Source: Oculina patagonica (taxonomy: Eukaryota). From it: DNA of 64,000 nt. The position numbers and the translations under genes are program-made. Below the pieces are notes generated by a model. The model did not search any database and was not told where the DNA came from. It saw only the letters and a list, made by a program, of their open reading frames with translations. This document shows, one piece after another, positions 1-14,700 of this stretch (position 1 is the stretch's first letter; each line of letters opens with the position of its first letter). The stretch covers positions 16,058,001-16,122,000 of the forward strand of contig NC_135763.1 of the NCBI RefSeq assembly GCF_052425735.1, in the 5' to 3' direction.

Positions 1-1517
1 AACAAAAAAGCTTCTTTTAAGTTGAGGATGACATATTCTAGGTAGGTGGCCTTCGTTTTAAAACAAACCGTATATTTAATGGTTTAAAAATAACCCTTTG
101 TTCGCAGAGATTTTAATGGACTTGACGAGTCCGTGTGCATATTATAAGATAGTTCGATACTATACATTTTCTCCTTGTCAGTTCAAACCATTTCTTCTTG
201 AAAATTATATGAATTTTTTTAAGCGTTAGTTGAGAGAATTTGGTTCTGCTAAGACAGCATTTCATTGTTATTATGTATATTATTATTTTGTTTATTTCTG
301 ACACCTGTCTATTTGATATTGTGTTAATATGGTAAAGAGAAATAAGTAAATGATCTCTGTTTAGAGTTGACAGGTAAAGAAATCTCGTCACGTGATACAC
401 AAAAGCCGATAATAAAAAGGCAAAAACATACATGGTTCCTTAATGAACTGTCAATCAACATAGAACATTAAAATTCCGAAGACATATTCCGAGAACTGAA
501 TAAACGTCACGAGTAGCCGCCCCAGAGAAGAGCAATAAATTTCAATAATTCTTTCTTCATCTCTGGCCTTCGTTGGCACTGTCTCGCTTCCGTTTAAACA
601 AGTAGCACGTTACTGATGAAATCGGGCTGTTTAAAAGATCATTTAAACGACAAAACAAGAGAATGGAGGCGAAGTCGTCCATTGGACAAACAATTCGCAC
701 ATCCGTGGAATCGGGCATATAAAGTTTTAGCCAAGTTCAATAAAAATAAAAAATATGGCCGCTTAAATTCCACCACGCGTATACAGCGGCTATATTGTAA
801 ACTTTAATGAAAAGATGTGAATTTACTTGACAGAATGTGCGAGAATGATGAAAATGTTCGTAACTTGACAACTTGACTAATACGTTTTGTTTAAAGTGGC
901 ATTTCAGCCAATACCTCTGGTTGGCTGATAGTCTGCCACACAAATGCCTTTTCTCCCTTTAAATGTTTACAGATCAAATAAAATGAATCAGTAGAATTTC
1001 CAAAAACATAGGAAGAAGAAGATATAATGATCAATTAAAGTAAAATCGCGAAGAACATTCATTTTAGCTTGATGCAGAAGCCAGTGAAAAATATCTGGCA
1101 ACGCTGTTAAAGATGAAAACGTTTGCAGCGGCGCGGCGTGTCTTGTTCTTGTTTTTAACTTTTTCTCATTTTCTCTGGTTTTACTTTTTTTATCAAAAAA
1201 GCGGTAAAACAAGATAACAAAACTACACAATTAGAATACTGCCAAAAAGTGCTGTTTTTACACTACTAAACTAAAATCATTTAATACTGACCTGAATATA
1301 TAACTTCGTAGTTTTCTTAGACTTCATGGCTAATTTGATAATTCTTTCCCAAACGATTTTAGAGGAAAACGTTAAGCACGGGTCAAATGCCCAACATTCT
1401 GTTTTGCGATCTTCGGTTTTTCAGATAAATCTCGATAGTCTTGATTTTTGCTTACTATCGAACTTATTTATTACGTAGGTGGTTAACAATTAACCAATTA
1501 GAGAAAATAAAAGCCGG

Positions 1518-2917
1518 CAACATGCTGTTTGTCGTCCTGTTTACTAACACGGAGCCTTTGGGAGCCCCTTGTTCCTGGTTGTTCCAGGTGATGAGTTAAT
1601 TTAATCGACGATTTCTCTTTTGAACACGAATCTTTTTGTTACAATGTGGTTAACTTTGTCACTTTGACGATGGTCAACCTGCCGTTAGTTTCGTTACGTT
1701 TCATTACGCCGTTGGGTGCTTCTTGTTCCTAGTTACTCAGCGTCCTAGTTACTCAATTCTTGTCAGCTTAATTCTTCCTGGTGACAGAAATCTATCTTCG
1801 TGATGTTACTAAGCTTATTGTATTCTAGATTGATTCTTTGTTGCTGTTTATCGAATTGCGTAACTTTATACAGTATCTACATACCATGTTCACTTTGAGA
1901 ACGTTTTTGTGAACTTTTTTTGTGAATTAAGTTGCTGGAAGCGGTTAAAAAAAGTATTTTAAGTTTGACTTGAAGGGTGCCACTTCTTGTATCTTGTTAG
2001 GTGACATTTCTCCCAAACGTTTCTTTGCGACCTGTATAGTTCTTCACTTGACAAGTGCATTTTGGCCAATCTTGAGAAGACTTGTTTGCTATCTCTTTTT
2101 TGATGTTTACCACCAAAGTATAGCCCTGCCTTAATATTGAGATTATCTTTCAAATAACTTTGTCCTAGGTAGTATGGGTACTCAAATTAGTTTTTTTGCT
2201 TCTAAATTAGCATTCTTTTAGTTGCATAAGCTTTACTTTCGCATCTGTTTATTACGTACGACGTGGCTGACAATTTGACAGTCGACAACATGTTGTTTGT
2301 CTTCTTGTTTACTAACATTGCGCCTTTGGGAGCCCCTTGTTCCTGGTGACTTAAAGCGATAAGCAAAGTTAACTTAGCTAATAACTCTCTTTCGAGGCTG
2401 ATTCTATTTCTTTTCTGGTTACATGTTTGCCACTTTGACAATGTTCAACCTGCTGTCTGTCTGCTTAAGTTTTAATACGCCGTTGGGTGCCTCTTGTTCC
2501 TAGTTACTCAACGCACTGGTTAATTAATTCTTGTCAGCTTACTTCTTCCTGGTGGCAAAAATCTATCTTTGCGATGTTACTAAGCTTACTGTATTGTAGA
2601 TTTTTTTTTGTTACCGTTTATCGATTTGTGTAACTTTATACAGTATCTACATACCATGTTCACATTGTGTCTTGCATACATGACAGGAATTTTTAAAACC
2701 TTTCTGTGAATTAAGTTGCTGGAAGCGGTTTAAAAACGTATTTTAAGTTTGACTTGAAAGGTGCCACTCCTTGTATCTTGTAAGGTTACATTTCTCCCAA
2801 AGGCTTATTTTTGGACCTGTATAAGTGCTTTTTGACCAATCTTGGGAAGACTTGTTTGTTATCTCTTTGATGTTTACCACAGAAGTATAACACTGCCTAA
2901 ATTTTGGGATTGTCAAA
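1518..2917. repeat. Diverged tandem duplication, ~770-bp period
   Basis: 1518-~2152 aligns with 2286-~2917, for example GCCTTTGGGAGCCCCTTGTTCCTGG and CAGTATCTACATACCATGTTCAC occur in both. Confidence 0.85.
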
Positions 2918-3421
2918 GGCTAGTATGGATATTCTAATATCAAGTTTTATTAGCAGTACACTTTTACCGCTTTTAAATAAGAATTCATTTTGTTGCGTTT
3001 GCCAGCCTTCGTATTCATGACATAATTTGATATTTATACTACAAAAGGTGTAATCCCGATTTCTGTAACCCTCGATTTCTCTGAGCTCTCGATATCTCTG
3101 ATCAGCAGGGATTTGCTACAGCAAATACATAAGAAGAACCAAGAAAGATTTAATACTGCTCGACGTTTCGGAGTCATCTTGACTCCATTATCAAGAGACT
3201 TGTACAGTATGCAAATAAGGAACGCAACAAAATAGGCATAAAACAAAGAACGACCTAAACGAAACCTTAGCGCGGATGGAATCCGTTTGCACGTTAAGTG
3301 TTGGCTTACGCATGCGAATGTACAATATTTCTTTCACGAGGCAATCACATTTGCCGCTACATTTTGTGATGACGCGAAATTGTTCGATGAAGCGTTCAGG
3401 TATTTCGCAATTGTATTGCGA

Positions 3422-3707
3422 TAGAGCAGTTTTCAATTGAGTGTCGAAAAACCAAAACCAAAGTAATTACTCTGGCCAATCACAAAGGACACAGACAATC
3501 GAGTGAACCAATCAAAACTCGAAGCAAATACACGTCGCCGGCACGAAGCGCGGGAAAACGTGCGCGAGCGAGTCACAATTGGTTTTGGTTTTACTCCTGA
3601 TTGGCCGAGAAAGTGGCGCGAAATTTTTAAACCAATCACTAAGCGTAGTAAACGCAAAACCAAAGCAAACGCAATTAACTTTCGACACTCAAGTGAAAAA
3701 CGCTCTA
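3422..3707. mobile_element. CCAAT-rich MITE; degenerate relatives at ~24350-24625 and ~25196-25425
   Basis: TIR TAGAGCAGTTTTCAATTGAGTGTCGAAA / TTTCGACACTCAAGTGAAAAACGCTCTA; interior nearly identical to 25197-25410. Confidence 0.8.
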
Positions 3708-6471
3708 TCTCGAACCAATTAATGTCTCCCTTGGAGGTTCTAAAAATCGAGATTCCACTGTATCGTAATCAATGCAAATCATAATAAATGCAATCACAAA
3801 TTTGGCTATAAAGATAACCACAATCCACACTCCCAATTACCTCGTGGTTATTCATATTATCAGAAGCTCGTAAGTCTAGCTTATGAACTTCCGATATTAT
3901 ATAAAATATGTAGTTTATAAAATAAGCAGCAGAGGCAAAAAGTGTTTCTTAAAATTGGCGTGTTGACAAATGCCCTTTTGGACCAATCAGTTTGCCCGTT
4001 TTGTACTTTTATAAATTTATATCGCTTCCGAAATTCTGTGTTCGACCCAATCCAAAAGTATAAACCGAGCGCAGCTAATTAGGGCTTATTTCAGACAAAT
4101 CTTCTTATTTGGAAATGACAAGCCTGAAATACCACCTGTACTAATTAACGTTCGCCATATATTTAAAAAGCGAAATCTAGATTAATTATTGTATTTACTC
4201 TCAGCAGACATTAGTCAATAAAAAGATAATTGGAGATAACCCTGTTCTTAGAGTGGCATATGCCGCCTTTGGTGTTCCGCGATAATGTTTTTGTAGTGCA
4301 AACATGGGAGCAGACACAAATCAAACAATTTTTAAAATTCGACGCAGGTTTGTCTCTGTTGTTAAAACTTTGGTGTAAACATCTAACAAATATATTTCAG
4401 AGTCGATATGATAAGCGATCTAGGGAATCACAATGATCAAAGTCTCCAAAAAAATTATCAACGGACATGAGCAAAGGCCCTCATTTTATTGCAACGAATT
4501 TATCCCCCCCCCCCCCCCCCCCATTAACGAAAATTAAATAAAGTCGTTTTGCTTTTTACTTTATGTCCTTGGCCGAGGCCCAAGTGGAGATTATGCATTT
4601 AATTTTTTCGCTTTTAAAACGGGCGGTTGTTCGAAAAAGGCGGCGAATTTTATTTTGTAATTATTTTGTTTGAGTTCTGACAGTTCTATCATTTGCTTCA
4701 TCCTGCCTGTGCTTCGCTTTAACAGCGCTTCAAAAATGTATCGCTTGTTTACTTAATTCGAAGCCTTTTTTGCCTTATTATTTTCACGAAGTTCATCGAT
4801 ATATCTTAACTTTTTTACTAAATCAGTACACTGTGACCATTTTCAGGTTCGTTACAGTCTCCATAGCCATTTTAGCTAACGATATGTTTACATCATATGT
4901 TTTATAACAATTTAATACAGCACCCAACTCGAACGCTTTGCTCTACAAAACCCAACACACAACTCCGTTGTTTTAATTACGAATATCGACCACCTTTTGT
5001 TATTTGCTCAGTGGGAAATGTGCGCAATAAAATTGTAAGGTATCTTGATATATCAACGTTTTCAGGAAATTCATAATGTTTATTTCAAAACAATTTAAAT
5101 ATCACGAGTATGTGAATGGCAAATTTTGGAAAAATCTGAGCCCGTAAACCGTGTTGCCATGTTACAATATTTTTGTTAATGTCATTATTGTTCACAAAGT
5201 AACACATGGGTTACAATTTGGTTAAAACCCGTTACTTAATCATTACATGACGAACAACTATGCTACAAAATCTTTCATCAATATCTCAAGCACCCTGACT
5301 TTGACAATTAGCATAAAGCGCTTCAAACAATTTCTGTTTGCATTGGCTCCCCCTCCAGAATGACAGAAACTTCTTACGCTTTCTCAAATATAACAATACT
5401 TGTTAAAGTAATTTATGTGACTGAGGGACGATGAATACACGAAAGCGCGTGTAATGTTTGACTGAGTTTTGCATTACAAAGACACCGTTCAATTTCCGCT
5501 CTGTGGGATCTGGCTTAACGTATCGGTTATTCCACGCATTATTAAAAGAAAGGCATCCAGCAATGTTTTTCATGTGACTGCATATATGTGCACACAATAC
5601 AAGCGTTCCTAACATGCTGAGATTTTCTGATATTCGTATACAAAAATATACTTCTATAAAACAGCGTTTTATATCACAAAGCGACTAACACGTGCGCATA
5701 AGAAGAAATAATTTGAAAGGGAAAAGCCACATGTCTTTACGTATTTGCTTCGATTAAAAAAATAATTAGGATATTTTTTTTCTTTTCCATCCGTCGCAGA
5801 AAAATCAGTTAATTTCTATCGACACTCAAATTCGTTTCTTTCCGATTCGTTAACAGCGTTGGCATAATCAGAATTTATAATGTACATTGTATTATATATC
5901 CTCTCTTATTATGTAAAGAAAGACATCAGCCTTAAGGGTTTTTAACTTGGACGGGTTGCTAAGAAAAACAATAGCTACCTCACGGACCATGCAGACGACG
6001 GCCTTTGCCAATACTGTTTTTCTTTCCTCGCTATGATTTTCATTTATTTTACTGTTGGAGAAGAATTAAATGGTCTAATACTTACTGCAGACTTTTTCCT
6101 CGTCCATGCCATTCCTCGGCCAACGTCTTTACAAACCGGTATTTATTGCATGTATCATCAGAGGATACAGCTGTTGTCGACCAGTTCAGAATCCACGATA
6201 CGGTTATGGTTATTTCGCCATTTGAAGTTATTCAGAAAAAAAGTTTGCTAAACTGAAATTTCTGAGTATTTATCTTCCCTTTCTTCATTTTCCTCTTTCC
6301 GCTTGCTCAGCGTACATGAACGTAGTTAAACAAACATTTGGCGGTGGACCAAGCAAAAGTTCACAAACCAATTAAACGACAGCAGGTGATGTATGCGAGG
6401 AGAATGGGCCGAGTGGAAATGCGGTGCGCTGTTCTCCAGAAAGGACATTGGTAAAATGTAGTTTATGTTAA

Positions 6472-6858
6472 AAGGGCTAGGTCACACAATTTTAAGCAAT
6501 TTCTGCACTGACCATCTGATAATAAAATTAACTGAAATATCACAATTACAGCTGAAAATTGTAGACTAACTCAAAAGTAACACAGAAAAGCCAAGAAGGG
6601 GCATGGATTAACAAAATCGGACAAGATTAAAACGGACTGCATTTCGTAAACTTGGAAAACGTCGGCCCGACTTTTTTCAAGTTTAACATATTTTGTATAA
6701 AAACTGTCGTTAGTAATGCTCGGAAATCATTGTTTGTTAGTGGTTATCACAGATTTTTCAAATAAAGACTGCTCGCTTGTTCCTCTACCGATTTAAATTT
6801 TAGACTCGTAATTAACAAAAGTAGACAGAATGATCTAAACTGCTGTGACCTAGCTTAT
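6472..6858. mobile_element. Kolobok-type MITE (degenerate)
   Basis: TTAA-AAGGGCTAGGTCACAC ... CTGTGACCTAGCTTAT-TTAA. Confidence 0.6.
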
Positions 6859-8717
6859 TTAACCTATGATGCGCGGGAATCACGGTGGTGAAAACGCACT
6901 TATAAAACATGCTGTTCTGAATCGTCGAGGAGATGATTTGATTATCCTTTAATAAGCACTGCATTTCTACCTGTAATGTAGATGACAGGAATAGACTGGA
7001 ATCGAAAAAACTCAATAAATTCTCCTTAGTGGTTTTATGGGTATTTATTAAGGGTTTCGCTTCTTAGCAGCGCTGATATGTGCAGTGTATTGTGAACCCA
7101 ACTCAATATGCTAAGAAACGCTTCAAGGCAAACAGTGAGTTTTATTTGATTATTTACACATGATTAAATAGTTTCGTATCTCGCTTTTTTAACAAGATAT
7201 CACACAAGTCTTCTTTCCGATATTTGAGCTTAGGAATACTGTTGTGAAAGGTATATATGGCCCGATAAAGTCTTTCTTCTGCACTTAGCTTACAAAGACG
7301 ACCAAAGGTACAATTCTCTTGCGCTTCATTCCAAAAATCAAAATATAATTTCCTTACAGTTTACGAAAACAAAACATTTAGCCATAACTAGCTCGTATAA
7401 ACATAAATCGAACCTTTTTTGTTTTATTTACATTAGGTTTCTTTTAATTATGTCATTTTTTAATATAAAAACCTACCAGGCTGATTATAATAAAATGAAA
7501 ATTAACTTGGAAAGAAGGTCTATTAGGAAAACATTAGGAATTTCCTGTTTCCCTCTACTCGATTATTCTATGACAGTTTTCACAACATTGTAGGTACCTA
7601 TTTGGAACTACAGTTGTGATAAAAGGAAGTCTTTAATTGTTCGATGAACTAGTAATACTGTAAAAAGCCATTTTATTCGTTTTTCATACAGTGGTGATAT
7701 ATTTACGCCAGTTACTAATTCAACTAGTAATTTAAAACGGCAATTTTAAGAGTTTTAAAATATCATGTACTTTTTAAATTTCAATCAATAAAAAAAAGTA
7801 AATGGACTGCAAAATAAGAGTCAGAGTTAAGGAGTCTTTATCGTTACAAAAATAATTCCGTTAATGGTAGGGACACTATGGAAATTGTTACATTTGTTTT
7901 GATCTGAGAAAACAAGGGTAGCGTGTTTTAAACGTTGAATCCGTTACAACGTGTAACATAAGTACTTTATCAAATTAAATTCCTCAGTTCTGATCATTTT
8001 ATTTTATTTTTTCTACATCTTTTAATTGTCAACTTTTTTAATGGTGAAAACTGTGAAAACTATCTGTTGGTAAATTTTCCAACACTAGCTACAGATCTTT
8101 ATTTTCCATTCTATGTTATACTTGTTAGTAAGATTGACCAAAAAGTTGCTCTTTTATAGATATATATTCCCAATTCCGCTTTTGCGTATTGGCCCAGGAG
8201 AAGATTAGGGACAACTTGAGTAAGAGATGACCTTTTAGCAAGGCTAACCGTGCCTCCATTTCTCTATATTGTCTAAAAACCCATCGGATTTACTGTAAGA
8301 TGACTTTATAGCCTTTACAAAACCTGGACAATGCTAATAAAACACCCGTGATCAAATCGACTTCATCGAAGCTAAACTTTTCAAGAGAACCGTATTTAGA
8401 AATTATTAATCTCGGCAATTTCGAGAATACTAGGATGAAAAATTGTAAGCAATAATTACTTTCGTTTTAAGTTGGTTTCGTGCATGTACGACAGATTAGA
8501 GAGCTTCAATTTATTGCTCAGATTTTTTATTAGACTGTCATTCACGCAAGTATTTTTTTCTGAAGCATTCTCAAACTCGTTTTGTCACTAATATTAACGT
8601 TATTCGTAATTTCAAGGGGTTAATTTGCAATGAAGTTAAAATATGTTTTAAAAGTATTCTCCACGTTTTCAGCTATACCGTCAAACAATTAAGACTAAAC
8701 TGTGAGAGGCTAATAGT

Positions 8718-11700
8718 CTAATAATAGAGAGCTTCGGCAGACGTACGCGTCGTTCCACTTTCTCTAGTATTCGGTCCTCTTCGATCATCGGTGTTCACAT
8801 GTCTCCCTCGTCCAATTCTAAGAGATCTGTTTGTCCTGTAGTCTGGGTTCAAATTTTCTTGTCTTCTGGCTACAGGAGCAAATTGTGGCGGGCCCCGGTG
8901 ATATCTGGGAGTGTCGGTTTGTCTGAATAAAAGGTAGGGAAAGCACAATACTAGATCTGAGCTTATTTTATTTCGATATTGTCTTCGATATTAAATATAA
9001 ATATGATCCCCGCGGATTACCAACAGGCCTACAACATATGTGTCGGGGGGGAAGTTTACCAATAATGATTTAATTAATTTTGTGTTGTGGTACTCAACAA
9101 ATGGCAGGTCCCATTTGGAAGGATGGATGATTAATGATGGCGTGGAAGGAAATGGTTAACAATACAAAAGAAAAGTAGAAACTTAAAACGCGCAAGAGGC
9201 GTCTTCAGTCCAGTTGGGCTCCCATTATTAGCTTTTTTTGCTGTGAAACAAAGAAAAAACCTCTAACCAAAACACCATTGCTAATCCACACTGGTTTCTT
9301 TAATTACCAGTAATGACCAAAATGCTGCAAAAATATGGTGTTGCAACATGGAATAGCTGAAGAAATTGCGTTTATCGTTAAGTTCGAATGATATAAGATG
9401 ATAAAAAATCATTATGTGAGTCTTATCGACCAGAAATTAATCAGTGCTATCCGGTAGCTATTATGGGGTGAACTCTCAAAAGTGCAATAATTTTACCGGA
9501 CTACAATATAAAATATAAAAATTAGAACACCTCTAGAATATTGCACTACTTAAACTTTTAATTCTATGATCAAAAAATGTTGCCAGACCTATAGGTTAAG
9601 GTATTCGATATTAGTTATTATTCGATATTAGAATCCGATATTAGTTAATCAATAGACCATTATTTAACGTAATTAAAATATGAGCGATGGTCAAACCCCA
9701 TCATCACAGTTCAATGACATCTGCATTACCCGTGTGACTACAACACACCCTACAAAGGGTGCAATGTGGCATTAAATGATGTTTGAAATCATCGATGCAT
9801 CAATAACACAATTAGGTGCACAAAAATCAAAAATGTAAAAATGAGATTTACGGTCCTTGGTGATGGGTTAGAAATTAAACTGAGCAGTTGTGGTCCTTGA
9901 AGTGAAGATGGTTATTAAGCGAGCTTCTGTTTTAGTTTGGTTTTTACTTGATGTGGCCTCCTCCTAACAGGTGCTGTAAAAAATTAAATAGCGAAATATA
10001 AAATAAAAACGTTAATGACGTGGAAGTAGGAAGGAAGGAGAGAAGCAAGCAAGCAAGCAAGGAAGGAAGGAAGGAAGGAAGAAAGAAAGGAAGGAAAGAA
10101 AAGAGATTGTGTAAGTGTGGATATTAAGCGAGTTAATGGACAGATTATATCTATGTTTGTGGTTAATTCTTATAACAACTGGATACTAATTTGCTTTAAA
10201 AGCATAAAATGGATGCTTTCAAAATGTAAAATGTAAATCACGAAGGATAATTTCGAAGCTGTTAATGTACGACGTTGGTCGCAAAGGAAAAGAGAAATAT
10301 AGACTTAAAACCAACTCAATTGCACATCAATAGACAATTCTTTAGAAAAGAAAAAGCAACTGAATAAAATAACCACCGACACATCTTTTGCTAATTATCT
10401 CTACTTACCACTTTTTCTTACGCATAAACTCACCTCTCTCCATTCAGCTCCTTTGTGTGAACATCCTTGGCGCTGAACGTCCTAACAACTGTGCCATTTT
10501 GTGAGCTCTTATGAGGTAACGTACCTCCGCGTTGCCAGTTATATCCTTCCAACATGTAGTCAGGAGGAGGGGTCTTTATGGGTCCTGATAAGAATGGGTC
10601 AACTTCGGTTGGCGTCTTTGATCCAGTGCTCCCATATGTGTTGAATTTTGGCTCTAGGTCCTTGACTTGAAGCTGTTGTTTATGATTGTGGTGGCGATAG
10701 AGTATGATAAGACCGACAATGATGGCAAGAGCGAGTGCGCCCGCAGCACTGGCACAAAACACCGTGATATAATTCGAGGAATGTTCTGAAAAAAAGACGT
10801 AAATTATAGGTGTTTGCTTTTGTTTCTCGTTCTCTGTTGTTTGTTAAGAATCGTGCCTGGTGCACCGTGAGGCAGATATGTGCTTTCTCAACCAATCTGA
10901 AACGACTTAGTCTAGTCCCTGAACTCTCCCTTCTGCGCCCTATTTATGGTTACTGAGGCTCACAGCGTTATTGGGTATATTACACCCCTCTCTAACAGAC
11001 CCAGTGGAACCCGACCCAGTGGATTATTTTCCCCTACCCAGTGAAAATTTAGTCTCCCCGCTACCCAGCGAATATTGTGATTTTACCTGCCTATTTTTGT
11101 GCTTCCCCAGTGACTGTGCGTTGTGACTTATGTCGAATAAACCTACTTTAGAAACGAGCCCAAACAGCCGACCCAGTGGGAAATTGGCCAACCCAGTGAC
11201 TTTTTGCAGATTCCACTGGGCCGCTGAGAGCACACTACATGTATTATAATTATTGACCCTACTAAAGCCTTATTTTTCTCTCTTTGCAGTACATCGAGGA
11301 TTTCAGTCGCTTCACACTGATGTTTTGGTTCATGGCTGCAATTGTAGATGCATTACAGAGAGAGAACAATATGATTTTTTGAGGGTCAGTAATTTTTAAA
11401 CACAGTTGGTCATTAGAACACTACCTTATGTCTAGAGTTTAGGCTAATTTAATGTGACTTTTATAGGTTATAGGCTAGAAAACCTAGATTTTAACTAATG
11501 GTATGTTCTAACCCTCTTAACAATTTAACCCCTGAAAAATTGCCAATTGGCACATTGTACCACAATTGGGCAATACATGGTCAGTATATTTGCATTTTTA
11601 CACCAAATTTGTCTTTGAAAAATCTGCTTTTTGGAAATGAAAATTGCAGCCCCTCTATATGTGAGTTCATTGCCTACCCCTATAGCATTAACTTCACAGT

Positions 11701-14700
11701 TGTAAAATCCCTTTACACCATTTTAAATCCATTTCTATCAAAGCTACAACTAATCTTCTTACTGGTTACTGTAATTTATGGCATAGACCGTTCAGTGCTT
11801 TAAAAATGCTCTTCTATACATGGACACCCTGTTTACATTATCAAAAATTCAAGCACCTTGCATGAATAATAGCCACATAAACAGTGAGCCTGCAATGCCA
11901 AGGGATCCAACATCGGACTTTGAAGCAGAGCCGGCCTGCTCCACTTGGAATGGGTCAATAGCGTTGTCAACTTCTGAATCGCTTTCTGTGGTGCTGGCGG
12001 TGCGAAACGTTGGAGGAGCTGTAGCTCTAGGCGTTGACTGACTTATCAGTATGGAACTGGTGGAAGCGATTACGTCTACCGTCGGAAAGATTGTTGTCGA
12101 AGAGAAACTTGAGAAGCTGACTAGAGAAGAGGTTGGCGCTAGTGCAGTGATCGTTGCCTTGGTTACAGTACTTGATGACGTGGACGTGTGAATGACCTTT
12201 GGTCTGCGTCTCAGCAAATCTTGAAAAGAAAAAAAGTCACATTTATGACATTTATTCATATTAAAAAAGGGCATTGGTAGCTTTGACGGGCAAGGAAAGC
12301 ATTAAAACATATATTTAAATCTTGCTCGATCAAGTATCAAAACATTTAACATGATTACACAACCAACGTACACCAAAGGAAGGCATGAGTAAATAAAAAC
12401 CTTAAATACTTGTTTAATCGCTTAAAGGATCTGTGTCACGGATTTAAGCCAAATATAGCCATAGGAAATGACCATCAAATTCGGTAAAATATAAAAATAA
12501 CCTCTCCTCTAACAGTGACAGAACATTTCAATAACACTGTAAATGCAAAAGAAGGTATGGATGGCCAAAAATGATATGGGTTTTTGAAATATTGTTGGGC
12601 GGAACAGTTTTCAATCTCGTTTGCTTTTAACTTTAAATTAAAACGCCTGGAAGACACATTCGTTGCTTTGAAGCTATGGTTTTGTCATTTAGATCCATAG
12701 AAGTAATTTCTTTGGAAACGTTAAGTTTCATAGCAAGTATTTGGCAAAACTTAATAAAATAAACATAAAAGTCAGCCGTAAAACAGTCCCTTTAATCAAG
12801 GTAACATTTTATTTTTAAGAAAAACGTGACCAATCTTCCATTATCATGATTTATCGTATTAAAACTATTATGAGTGAAACATTCTCTCAGAGCCTTCGAC
12901 AACCTGACCTAATACTTACTTTCACATAGATTTTATACTTACCACACGAATAAACCAAATTAAGGTACAAGTGTTTATCCAGACAAGGATCTCCAAACAG
13001 TGCACTGTTCACTTTAACTCTGCATTTATTTCTCTTTTCACACAGCGTTTTTAATGTGTCAGTGACGTCAGCCTCACCACAGTTGTAATTCTTGTCATTC
13101 TCCGCTCCGTTGTAAGGGCAAATCACGTGACCGGGTTCTGTTCGTCCGTAGAGTGCGGAGTAGATAGTCAGCCCCATGCTCGCGTTTGCGCAGTGGAGTT
13201 TAACGCGTTCTCCTTGGCATATTACCTTGTTTTCGAACAAGTTAATCTTCCACGCTGAAACATGTAAAAGGAATTCATGTCACCGATTTCAGGCTCCTTT
13301 GGAAGTAAACACCGCATGTTTTCTCTCAATGATATTATTATATTGTCAAGCAGACCGTCAATGAAAAAATCATAAAATAATCGCAACTATTGTTTGAGAA
13401 AAGTGGTTTTTATGGACTGATTTTTAATGAGTCAGGATATCAGTGACGTCTTTAAGTAAGATAAGCGTGAAATACCCCATTTTCAACGTCGAAAAATTGT
13501 TGTCTGGTTCTGAGACCACTTTTTCGCCGAAGTCCGTTTGTCGGTTTCTGGTCACTGGGTGAAGTCCCATATTTAGTTTAACATAGTAACATCACTTATA
13601 CGGCCAGCACCAAGCTAACTCTAAGTTAATTAAGAAGGCCCTTTAGAAAATGCCATACTGAATCCATGGCTGACTTCTTCATTTGATCTGAAGTTTTTTT
13701 TTTTACCCAAGTCTCGTGAAAACTGATGAACAATGGGAAAGGAAACTTTGCAATTGCCTTAGATCCAGGGTATACTACTGATATCGGGCCTGGCCCGTTC
13801 ACGAGTCCTGATCACGTGACGAATTGCAGTGTTTTGAATTGAAAATCAATTCAAAAACAAAGTTGAACGTACTTGAAACGATCTTGTAATAACCAATTGT
13901 TTATCAAAGAAAATACAGGCTGAAGTTTATTTTTTTTTTTTATTCTTTTTATTTTTTAAACTTTTTTTTGTTATTTCAATAACAGTACTGAATAATCTTA
14001 CTAAGATTGGGTGTACTGTATATGGTTTTTGAAATGGTACAGCCAAATTGCAGCGTTATGAAAAAATTCAAACAAAGTTCGTTATGTCATTTGGATGAAG
14101 ATACCTATCATAAGAGTCAGGAATTCAAGTTGAATCTTGATCTCGAGTTGGATCTCGAGTCAGAATTTCAAGTCAGGCGTTTGTCGCTTCTTGTGCTCTG
14201 CAAGTCACCCAAAATTTACGCGTGTCCTTCATTTTATGCCTGCATTATAATCTATTTCTCATTTTATTGATATGAATACAAGCTGCGATTGATCTGTGTT
14301 CCCAGTGGTTTCATATATTATATGAAATATTTATGCATTAGTGTTAAAGCAAAGGCGTGCATGGTTGTGCCGGTAAAATCAGTGCATTTTTGTACTTCAA
14401 TATGCATTATTTGGGAGACCTAATCTAATCTTCGCAGCCATCATGTTCATGCATGATTTTCACCTTTATATATTTTTTTAAATCGGATTACGTGCGGTTT
14501 TACAACTTACATTCTAGCTTTATTTCGATTTATTAAAGCTTTCTTCTTAAAACTCCGCAGATAAATTGATTTATTGGGAGTGTTAATTCGATTATGCTTG
14601 TCAACCGTGAGACAATTTCAAAGGTGTATAGCGAACTGAGTATTTCTATGTTTTGTAAATTAATCGTATTAATATCACTACCATTTCCCATAAGGCAGTA

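Noticed and set aside
5985-6256. GPCR TM7-like fragment (FYCWR)
   Set aside because: Only a few residues match and frameshifts are needed; not supportable.
9050-9975. Extra exons of the lectin gene (acceptors near 9975 and 9241)
   Set aside because: The phase-2 donor at 10433 gives immediate stops with them, while the exon at 8922 fits. Alternative isoforms cannot be excluded.
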